Below are positions 9,332 through 16,002 of a stretch of 23,478 nt of DNA, in pieces. Both the position numbers and the translations under genes were made by a program. This stretch comes from a virus. The notes beneath the pieces are model-generated. The model had not been told where the DNA came from. It saw nothing but the letters and a program-made list of their open reading frames with translations, and did not search any database. The DNA lies in IMG/VR virus record IMGVR_UViG_3300038365_000177; one strand, 5' to 3'. The number at the start of each line of letters is the position of its first letter. Positions within the stretch are counted from its first letter, which is position 1.

Positions 9332-11092
9332 TCACGCCTTGCGCTTGCCACGGACCTTCTTGGTGCCGAACACGCCGAGGAGGATGACCGCCACGATGGC
9401 GATGATCACCACGACGATGACGATGGGGAACACGAAGTTGCCCATCTCGGTCACCATCGTCAGGGGGCTCTCCAGCAGCTTGCCGTTCTCCATGACGGTC
9501 CAGGACATCGAGCTCTGCACCGAGGTCAGGTCCATAGCCATGTACTTGGCGTTCTGTAGGATCTGGCCGAGCAGAGCATCGGTGAACTGGAAGGCAGAGT
9601 CGAGTCCCTTCATGGTGTTGTACCAGATGTTGGACTCCATCGCGCCCTCGGCGGTCATGGAGAGGGTTGCGGTGTCGGTGATGTTACCGAAGCTAAGGGG
9701 GACCATCATGGCCGCGCCGACGGTGTGGTAGCGGAGGTAGTCCTGGAGGGTTTCCATCTTCTCACCGAACACGGAGGTCGAAGCGGTGGTGGGGAAGAAG
9801 AGGTACTCCACATCGTCGTACTCGTGGAAGGTCTCCATCGGAGCGGTGCGGCCGAAGGACAGCGCCTTGGACATGTCCTTGTCGGCGTACTTGATCTCCG
9901 CTCCCAGACCGGCACCCATCTCCTTGACGGAGCTGTACCATGCATCGTTCACGTCAGCGGCCAGCTCGGAGGTCCAGGTGTAGTTGACCTGGCAGGAGCT
10001 CATGTAGTAGTCGATGACGCGCACCTGGTCTATGGGAACCTTGTGGACCGAGGCGATGTAGTCCGCCAGGACACGTTCGTTGTCGGCCTGGAGGTTCTTC
10101 CATCCCATGTACTTGGCGAGGCCACGGACCGGGTTGTCGGTCTCCTTCTCAACGGCGAGGATCTCACCGAAGTCGGTCTTGTTGAGGTAGCGGTCGTTCA
10201 CGATGCTCTTGCCGGCATCCTGGTAGCTGTAGGCTTCATGGACGAAGGCGTCGCTGGAGTACGAGCCGGGAACCATGCCCTCAGCGCCGAAGTCGATCTC
10301 CATCTTCTGGTAGGTGTCCAGGGCGGTGGGGGTGGCGTTCAGGTCGGCGGTCTCGTAGGTGGTCGGGGTGAACGCGGTCCTCTCGCTGGAGCCGAAGTAG
10401 TAGTCGGCGTAGCCAGTGGTGGCGGCGGCAACGTTCTTGATGATGACCGCGTCGATGCTGGCGGCGGTGAGCTCACAGTCGGTCACGACGGAGGACTCGA
10501 TGAGAGTACCATTGTCGTAGCTGGCGGAGAACACAACGCTGTCGGCGGCGAACTCGATGGCCAGTAGGTAGAACTTGTCGGCCTCGTAGGCGGCAGCAAG
10601 GGTCACGATCTTGACGGCGGTGCCGTCGTAGTAGGTGGCGGCGATCGATCCGTCGGCAGCGAGGCCGATGGATGCCATGTTTGACGAAGAGAACTTGTCC
10701 AGGGTCATGCTGACATTGGCGGTGATGGCGCTTGCCTTGAGCTTGGTCTCAAAATAGGTCGAGTCGTCAAGAGCGGCGGTCTCGTCGATGGTCAGGTTCG
10801 CGCCCTGGTTCTCTCCCATGACCATCAAAGAATCGTCGAAGGTCACGGATCCGATGGCGTTCCACATTCCGATGGCGTCAAATCTCTGCGAGGTCTGTAC
10901 GGGGTCCAGGACGTAGGTCACGTCCCTGTAGCCAGGGACGAGCTCCATGTCGACATCCCCACCGGACGCTGCGGAGACTTCCATAGTAATGGCACCGGAG
11001 CCGAGCACGAAGGTCATCATGAGGATGGCCGTAGCAAATAGCGCACCGTAGGCTCCGAGCCTCTTCTTTGGTCTAGCGGTTGTCTGTTCCAT
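9332..11092 (-). CDS. 586-aa type I membrane protein, paralog of 7252..9285 and first gene of the structural operon
   Basis: SD AGGTGA 7 nt before ATG 11092. Signal peptide. Shared blocks with the paralog: PGYRDVTYV..QRFDAIGMW vs PHFRDVTYV..QRFDGLGRW; VIDYY vs LVDYY; SPLTM before the TM. Basic tail KKVRGKRKA. Confidence 0.75.
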   Translation of the reverse strand: MEQTTARPKKRLGAYGALFATAILMMTFVLGSGAITMEVSAASGGDVDMELVPGYRDVTYVLDPVQTSQRFDAIGMWNAIGSVTFDDSLMVMGENQGANLTIDETAALDDSTYFETKLKASAITANVSMTLDKFSSSNMASIGLAADGSIAATYYDGTAVKIVTLAAAYEADKFYLLAIEFAADSVVFSASYDNGTLIESSVVTDCELTAASIDAVIIKNVAAATTGYADYYFGSSERTAFTPTTYETADLNATPTALDTYQKMEIDFGAEGMVPGSYSSDAFVHEAYSYQDAGKSIVNDRYLNKTDFGEILAVEKETDNPVRGLAKYMGWKNLQADNERVLADYIASVHKVPIDQVRVIDYYMSSCQVNYTWTSELAADVNDAWYSSVKEMGAGLGAEIKYADKDMSKALSFGRTAPMETFHEYDDVEYLFFPTTASTSVFGEKMETLQDYLRYHTVGAAMMVPLSFGNITDTATLSMTAEGAMESNIWYNTMKGLDSAFQFTDALLGQILQNAKYMAMDLTSVQSSMSWTVMENGKLLESPLTMVTEMGNFVFPIVIVVVIIAIVAVILLGVFGTKKVRGKRKA

Positions 11093-11195
11093 AGTCATTT
11101 CACCTGTCTGGACGGGTGGAGGGACAACCTTTCGTTTCGATGGGGAGTCGGTGACGGCGATCTGCTCCCCCATCCGTCCATCGGTGATCTTACGA

Positions 11196-11253
11196 TGGCC
11201 CATCCGAGTATTTGAGAGGCAAAAGATGGGCCAGAAATCAAAGTTAAAATAAG
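11196..11253 (-). promoter_or_regulatory. Putative promoter of the structural operon with a 9-bp inverted repeat (operator-like)
   Basis: Minus-strand TTATTTTAAC near 11243-11252. tggcccatc (11196-11204) and gatgggcca (11225-11233) flank the expected start site. Confidence 0.45.
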
Positions 11254-11287
11254 AGTTGCACGAACCAGGCAGAAATCGGGTTTGCGG

Positions 11288-11545
11288 TCAGGGCTTTAGG
11301 TCCCTCTTCCGCCGCTCGTAGTACAATTGCAGGGCCTCGGCCATTACCTGTTGTTTGTTCTTGCCAGTAATGAACTTTTCCTGGTCGAGCATGTTGGCTA
11401 TGTAGTCGGGAATATCGCTCCTTAGTCGGATCGGAACGGTCCTGCAATCACTGACCTCACCGAAGATCGTCAGGGTGAGCAGGGAGAAGATGACCGCTCC
11501 GCCCACCGAGATCTCGGTGATCATCACAAAACAAAGCTCAGACAC
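11288..11545 (-). CDS. Ribbon-helix-helix (CopG/MetJ-like) DNA-binding protein; start uncertain
   Basis: RTVPIRL (strand), IPDYIANMLDQEKFITG (helix A) and KNKQQVMAEALQLYYE (helix B) match the RHH pattern. Confidence 0.65.
   Translation of the reverse strand: MSELCFVMITEISVGGAVIFSLLTLTIFGEVSDCRTVPIRLRSDIPDYIANMLDQEKFITGKNKQQVMAEALQLYYERRKRDLKP
11504..11519. repeat. Perfect 16-bp palindrome caccgagatctcggtg
   Basis: The sequence equals its own reverse complement. Confidence 0.9.
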
Positions 11546-11686
11546 GCCGCCCTCCCGGGGACATTTGCCGGTAAATGCGGTCCTCGGGCTCAGGCTGAGT
11601 GCATTGACGTTTGAGGTCCGGCGGGACCTCCGGTATCGTCGTCATGTTTGGTTGGCTCCCCTAAGATACTCTATCGAGGGTGGCCA

Positions 11687-11694
11687 TTTTAAAC
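11687..11694. promoter_or_regulatory. TATA-like box in the divergent intergenic region
   Basis: ttttaaac between the minus-strand RHH gene and the plus-strand membrane gene. Confidence 0.4.
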
Positions 11695-11740
11695 TTGCTA
11701 TATGCGAACGCTTATTCAATTGTACCAATATATCCTGGGC

Positions 11741-12376
11741 ATGAGGCAACCGAGCAAGATCGCATTATTCATCACATTATTGATCGCTCTGTCAGTGGTC
11801 GTTCCTGGGACCGCCAAGGCGGAAAGCGGGACCGAAGTCATATCGGCCGGTAAGATACTTTCGTGGCAACTAGACCTTCCCGCCGGAGGACATATCAGCT
11901 ACGACATCGAGGTCGTGAGCGGCGGGAACATCAACGTGTATGTCATGAAAGAGAGCGAATATAACAGGATGTCCAACGGCATGTCGTTCGAGTACAGCGC
12001 GGACGGCTCAAGGCAGAACACCAAACACGCGGTCGTCTCCATGGACGTGCCATCGGGGGACTACCGCTTGGCGATCGTGAACGACGAGTTGGCGTCCTCC
12101 ACCGTTCGGTATGACCTCGATGGGACCCGCTCCAACATGGGGGCGGCCATCCTAGGCTTGGTGTTCCTGCTGGTCGTGGCAGTGATCGTGGTCATCGCCC
12201 TGGTCCTTGTATGGAAGGCGATTCGAAAGAAGGCAGTCGGACCGTACCCGCCCGCTGCCTATGCGCCGATGCCCGTTCAAGTCTGGTACTGCCACAACTG
12301 CGGACGTCCGATTCCGCCGGACGCGATCGTATGCCCGTACTGCGCTCAACAATTGAGAAAGCCTGGAACCCCCTGA
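11741..12376 (+). CDS. Membrane protein with extracellular beta-sandwich, TM and C-terminal zinc ribbon (alternative start 11702)
   Basis: Signal peptide ALFITLLIALSVVVPGTAKA. TM AAILGLVFLLVVAVIVVIALVLVW. Cytoplasmic CHNCG..CPYC. Confidence 0.8.
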   Translation: MRQPSKIALFITLLIALSVVVPGTAKAESGTEVISAGKILSWQLDLPAGGHISYDIEVVSGGNINVYVMKESEYNRMSNGMSFEYSADGSRQNTKHAVVSMDVPSGDYRLAIVNDELASSTVRYDLDGTRSNMGAAILGLVFLLVVAVIVVIALVLVWKAIRKKAVGPYPPAAYAPMPVQVWYCHNCGRPIPPDAIVCPYCAQQLRKPGTP

Positions 12377-12453
12377 TTCCTCATTTTTATCAACAGGCTT
12401 TCTCGGTCCCGTTCCCGATTCCTATCATCGGGAATAAACAGGATGGTTAAACC

Positions 12454-12603
12454 ATGAACATAGTAAGCATAAACCTGAGCATTCCTGACTGGGTACCAGA
12501 GGAGCTACGGAACGAGATAGCAAGGGAAATGAAAGAGCAGGCCCGAGAAGCTATGGTATGTGTTTGGTTGAGGTATTCACCGAAGGTCGAGCAGCCAGAA
12601 TGA
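12454..12603 (+). CDS. 49-aa hypothetical protein (below the track cut-off)
   Basis: MNIVSINLSIPDWVPEELRNEIAREMKEQAREAMVCVWLRYSPKVEQPE. Purine-rich AGGATGGT upstream and T-tracts directly after the stop. Confidence 0.5.
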   Translation: MNIVSINLSIPDWVPEELRNEIAREMKEQAREAMVCVWLRYSPKVEQPE

Positions 12604-12611
12604 TGCTGAAA

Positions 12612-12660
12612 AACCTTTTTTCTCTTTTTATCCCCCCTCATTTTTGTTGAAAAAGGAAAG
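12612..12660. terminator. Bidirectional T-/A-rich terminator region between convergent operons
   Basis: Plus strand has ccttttttctcttttta. The A-tract aaaaaggaaag is T-rich on the minus strand, downstream of the 168-aa gene. Confidence 0.5.
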
Positions 12661-12709
12661 GAGTTTGGGGGTCTGGGTTGCGTTATTTCCGTGAACGGGC
12701 GTCGAGGCG

Positions 12710-13216
12710 TTATTTTCTCTCTTCTTGCCCTTCGCTCTCGGCGAGCTTCTCCCGAAGATATTGCTCGACGCTCGATCGGACGTGCTTCTTCCAGTTGCCC
12801 CTGATGCCGTTGAACTCGTACCTGCCCTCGATAAGTAGGTCCTCGAACTGAGGAGCATCGAAGACGACATGGTAGGAGTTCTGAGGTGCGGGGAGAAGGG
12901 ATATTCTCGTTAGTTCGCTTTGCTTGATAGGTTCTCCACCAAAGGACCCCCCGTCCGACATGACGCTAAGGAATTCGGCCCATTGGTATAGTTTAACTTC
13001 TTCGTCGTTCACGCTATCCTCCAAGTAATTCAAGCAGACCCGCATGGCGACGATCGGGTTTCGGTACGCATACACCTTGATCCCGTTCACCTCGAACTTC
13101 TCGGCCTCGTTGCCCCAATCGTCGAGCCCGTCGTCCTCTTCGCCCCCGAGGTCGACCCCGAGCTCGTCGTTCTCATGTCCTGCACCTTTGGTTTCTTGTT
13201 CTGTGTTGTCTTTCAT
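12710..13216 (-). CDS. 168-aa acidic hypothetical protein coupled to the recombinase gene
   Basis: TAAATG junction with the upstream gene, SD AGGAG, protein-like composition. Confidence 0.75.
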   Translation of the reverse strand: MKDNTEQETKGAGHENDELGVDLGGEEDDGLDDWGNEAEKFEVNGIKVYAYRNPIVAMRVCLNYLEDSVNDEEVKLYQWAEFLSVMSDGGSFGGEPIKQSELTRISLLPAPQNSYHVVFDAPQFEDLLIEGRYEFNGIRGNWKKHVRSSVEQYLREKLAESEGQEERK

Positions 13217-13801
13217 TTACATCTCTCCTTGCGTTTGCTCTTCATCGAACTCATAATCGAAGTCCCCGATCTCCTCCATAAGCTGCGCTCCGCTCATGAT
13301 CGAGTAGTTGCGGACCGCGACCTCCAATGTGCAGCCCATCCAATGAGGGACCTGATAGATGGTCATGCCCGCGCCGCTCTCATTCTTTGGTCGGAGAAGC
13401 CAAATGCAGTAGGTGTGACGCATGGTGAGGCACGACACGCCGTCATACCCGGCCCGTTCGCCGATCTTGCGAAGGATCTCGTCGTAATGCTTGTTGCTTT
13501 TCGCCGGCGAGGAGAGGAACTTCTCGATAAGGGAGATCTCGTCCTTCCGGATGGGGAAGGAGCGGAGGGTCTTGTTCGTCTTCGGACGCATCCACGACAG
13601 GTATCGGGCTTTGCCCTCGCGGAGAATCTTCGGCCGCTCTCTCGGCTTGCCGTTCCGCTTCCTCGGATTGCAGAACACCGAGGAGTGCATCCCGGTATTG
13701 AGGAGGAGGAGAACGAGACCCCGCTCGTAATCGTCACGGCAAGCGCCGAGCATCTTCAATTTCACGTCCCTGTCGGTGATCGGATACTTCACGGTTCCCA
13801 T
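13217..13801 (-). CDS. Tyrosine recombinase/integrase-like protein, catalytic domain only (194 aa), with atypical catalytic residues
   Basis: Box I LLLNTGMHSS, RPKTNK, box II SCLTMRHTYCIWLL...MGCTLEVAVRNY. SD GGAGG. Confidence 0.8.
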   Translation of the reverse strand: MGTVKYPITDRDVKLKMLGACRDDYERGLVLLLLNTGMHSSVFCNPRKRNGKPRERPKILREGKARYLSWMRPKTNKTLRSFPIRKDEISLIEKFLSSPAKSNKHYDEILRKIGERAGYDGVSCLTMRHTYCIWLLRPKNESGAGMTIYQVPHWMGCTLEVAVRNYSIMSGAQLMEEIGDFDYEFDEEQTQGEM

Positions 13802-13802
13802 G

Positions 13803-13964
13803 TTACTGTCCCTCCGTCTGTAACCCAGTCATCTCGCGGTATAGGAATAGGTTACAGAACCTTATGGTTTTATTTAAAGGAGGTAGTTGGACGGCCTCCC
13901 GCGCCCGTCCCGATTTTTCATCCTCGCTGTCGGACCTTCGGCCCTCTTTTGCGACGGCCCTCAT
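13803..13964 (-). CDS. Possible 53-aa hypothetical protein
   Basis: ATGA overlap with the upstream stop and TAAcATG junction to the recombinase, but it overlaps the putative promoter. Confidence 0.3.
   Translation of the reverse strand: MRAVAKEGRRSDSEDEKSGRAREAVQLPPLNKTIRFCNLFLYREMTGLQTEGQ
13817..13878 (-). promoter_or_regulatory. TATA box (TTTAAATA) and 9-bp inverted repeat upstream of the recombinase
   Basis: Plus-strand tatttaaa at 13871-13878. tctgtaacc (13817-13825) and ggttacaga (13850-13858). Confidence 0.5.
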
Positions 13965-14224
13965 GGTGCGGCCTCCGGGATGTGATAGACTCCTTGGGCA
14001 TCCTTCCGATAGTACCTCTTCTTCCTGCCTTCGAAGAGGATCCCGCTGAATATCTCCATCGTGAACTCGGGTCGGACCGTCCGCACGATGACGGACGGCG
14101 GATATTTGCCGTGTCCGCAACAGCAGGACACCGTCTCGATGCCGTGCGCTCGAAGGTAGTCGATCAGCTTCACCATGCAGGGGTCGATGTATCGGCTGTC
14201 GTTCTTGGGGTCGAATTCACACAT
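13961..14224 (-). CDS. 87-aa phage-type protein with IDPC...TVSCCCGHG motif
   Basis: SD GGAGG. Cys/His cluster resembling an uncharacterised phage family, loosely similar to the Tyw3 TTSSCSG motif. Confidence 0.7.
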   Translation of the reverse strand: MCEFDPKNDSRYIDPCMVKLIDYLRAHGIETVSCCCGHGKYPPSVIVRTVRPEFTMEIFSGILFEGRKKRYYRKDAQGVYHIPEAAP

Positions 14225-14251
14225 GTTACGCTCCCTCCGACCGGTCAGCCT

Positions 14252-14362
14252 TCATGGAGCATCCCTCCGCCGGAGCTCCCGCCACGAGTAGCGGGGGAAG
14301 AACACGAGGTACTCGGCGACGCTGTATGCGAGGTCGAGCATGAGGCGGAGAGGTTTAGACAT
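14252..14362 (-). CDS. 36-aa hypothetical protein
   Basis: MSKPLRLMLDLAYSVAEYLVFFPRYSWRELRRRDAP. Overlaps the upstream stop, with SD GAGGT. Confidence 0.4.
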   Translation of the reverse strand: MSKPLRLMLDLAYSVAEYLVFFPRYSWRELRRRDAP

Positions 14363-14726
14363 ATACCTCGCCCCTCCAGCCGAACTCGTCATTCAGGAGC
14401 AGTTCGTCCAAGCCCTCCTTGGAGAGCCGCACCCATGCGTTGTCGTAATGTTCACCCTCTACCAAGCTTCTCAGGCGGATCACCTCCTCCAGGAACTGGA
14501 GGATGGCCTTGTCAAGATTGGCCTCGCGCACGTCATACCCGCCTTGGGAGCCTTTCTCAAGCTCTCTCCATCCCCTAGTGACGATATATGGCGTGGCCAG
14601 CTTCTCCTCTAGGTCCTCGCGCTCCCTAGCCTTCCTCTTCCTCCGCCCGTCGACCTCAGTATAGATCACCAGGGCGGCCCCTAATACAAGCGCCCCTATC
14701 GCTATTATCGAGCCCATGTCGTTCAT
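14355..14726 (-). CDS. 123-aa protein with N-terminal TM anchor
   Basis: SIIAIGALVLGAALVIY followed by a basic patch. ATGA overlap with the upstream gene. Confidence 0.75.
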   Translation of the reverse strand: MNDMGSIIAIGALVLGAALVIYTEVDGRRKRKAREREDLEEKLATPYIVTRGWRELEKGSQGGYDVREANLDKAILQFLEEVIRLRSLVEGEHYDNAWVRLSKEGLDELLLNDEFGWRGEVYV

Positions 14727-15811
14727 TGGTTGCCTCCATTTGCCGGTAAATACGCCCCGGCCGGCGTTTCATTCTCGGACTGCCGCGAACGAAGCCAAGA
14801 GAGCCCCCTCGCGGAGTAGTAGACGACGAAAACAACTCCGACCGCCGCCCATGCGAGGGTCAAGACCTCGAAGGTGGCCGTCAGCACGTCGAGAGGGAAG
14901 AACTCCGCCCACATGGTCATGAAATTATTGGCGAAGTGGAAGGTTATCGACGCCCACAGGCCGACCTTGAGGAAGAGGTATCCCATGATGAGGCCTCCGA
15001 CCGCCGCCGGGATGACCTTATAGGCGTCCCAGGCCCACAGGTGGCCGAGGCCGAACATGGCGGCGGAGAAGAGCATGAGCGCGGCCTCGCGGTCCCCGAT
15101 CTCGATGTCTCCGCCTAGGATGTATCGCCGGAGGTCCTTGCGCTTCTTCGCGGCGGCGTCGAGGACGAGCAGCGGGATCCCGATGAGCAGGACGCGGGTG
15201 ACGAGCTCCTCCCATACCGAAGCGTGGGCGAGGGACGCGAGGCTCTGCCATAGCGGGCGGGCCTCGAAGTCCGGCGAGGACGCTCCGCCAATCAGGTCAG
15301 CGAAGTAGAAGCTGGCGATGTTGACGGCCAGCAGCGCAAACCACATTGTCGCTATGAGGAACGCGGGGGAGTGCTCGACCACGATCCATCTGTGGCTCAG
15401 CTCTCTCCGGAACTTGTAGCGAGACAGCCTCGCGGTCCACCAGGCGCTAAGGACGATGGCGATGGCCAGGATGGAGTACCAGAGCGAGGCGGCCAGGCCG
15501 TCGAGATGAGCGAACGGCACCAGGAACGGCGTGATGACGAAGAGCGAGACGCGGCCGCTCTCTGGCATGACCAGGGCGGAGCCCAAGAGCAGGGCGATCA
15601 GGTTGAGGGCCAGGACGGCGAGGAACGGCAGGGCGGCCCACGCTCCGAGCATGGTGACGCCGGTCCGGGCGGCGTTTCTTAGCCGTGCCGAGAGCCTCCT
15701 GGGGCATGGCCCGTCGATGGTGCAGCTCACATGCTCATCAATCATGCTGATCGCCTGGTGGGGGCATCCCAGACAGGCTTTCGGGTGGAGATCCCTTCTT
15801 CTCAGTCCCAT
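14723..15811 (-). CDS. CPBP-family (Abi/CAAX, Rce1-like) intramembrane glutamic endopeptidase with a Cys-rich N-terminal extension
   Basis: Multiple TMs. Motifs WEELVTR (EExxxR), FGLGH (FxxxH) and HFANN (HxxxN) are intact. Confidence 0.9.
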   Translation of the reverse strand: MGLRRRDLHPKACLGCPHQAISMIDEHVSCTIDGPCPRRLSARLRNAARTGVTMLGAWAALPFLAVLALNLIALLLGSALVMPESGRVSLFVITPFLVPFAHLDGLAASLWYSILAIAIVLSAWWTARLSRYKFRRELSHRWIVVEHSPAFLIATMWFALLAVNIASFYFADLIGGASSPDFEARPLWQSLASLAHASVWEELVTRVLLIGIPLLVLDAAAKKRKDLRRYILGGDIEIGDREAALMLFSAAMFGLGHLWAWDAYKVIPAAVGGLIMGYLFLKVGLWASITFHFANNFMTMWAEFFPLDVLTATFEVLTLAWAAVGVVFVVYYSARGLSWLRSRQSENETPAGAYLPANGGNQ

Positions 15812-16002
15812 ATCATGCCTCCGTCGATCTCGCTTCTCATGAGTTCCTTCTCGCGGCGCTTCCGCCGCCTTGCGTTCTCATTGTGCTGGCGCTTGCATAT
15901 GCGACAGTGGCCCATGCAGAGCTGCCAGAACGGGTGGTATGTCGGCCCGGAGTAGCCGCCGCCGATCGGGTGGCGGTTGTATGCTCGTTTAGTGCGTGTC
16001 AC
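15802..16002 (-). CDS. 66-aa basic protein with a CxxHCxxC cluster
   Basis: GTG start overlaps the restored stop of the MTase (GTGA). Its 3' end carries the SD of the CPBP gene. Confidence 0.6.
   Translation of the reverse strand: MTRTKRAYNRHPIGGGYSGPTYHPFWQLCMGHCRICKRQHNENARRRKRREKELMRSEIDGGMIWD

Noticed and set aside
9725-10567. 280-aa plus-strand ORF and the other plus-strand ORFs over 1-11200 and 14700-23300
   Set aside because: These are antisense shadows of GC3-rich minus-strand genes, with no SD or domain support.
1-11092. Diversity-generating retroelement or shufflon acting on the adhesins
   Set aside because: No reverse transcriptase, no TR/VR pair with adenine-specific differences, and the repeats are direct rather than inverted.
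7252-11092. Assignment as tape-measure protein or Fsx1/HAP2 fusexin
   Set aside because: Signal peptide + C-terminal TM topology does not fit a tape measure. The helical stalk and near absence of Cys do not fit all-beta, disulfide-rich fusexins.
12447-12641. 64-aa minus-strand ORF
   Set aside because: It starts inside the terminator tract and is antisense to the more plausible 49-aa plus-strand ORF.
12377-12709. Possible attP site near the recombinase
   Set aside because: No tRNA 3' fragment or short-spacer inverted repeat is recognisable. It cannot be tested without the host genome.
13175-14578. 467-aa plus-strand ORF
   Set aside because: It is antisense to the recombinase and several coupled genes with clear motifs, and has shadow-frame composition with no recognisable domain.
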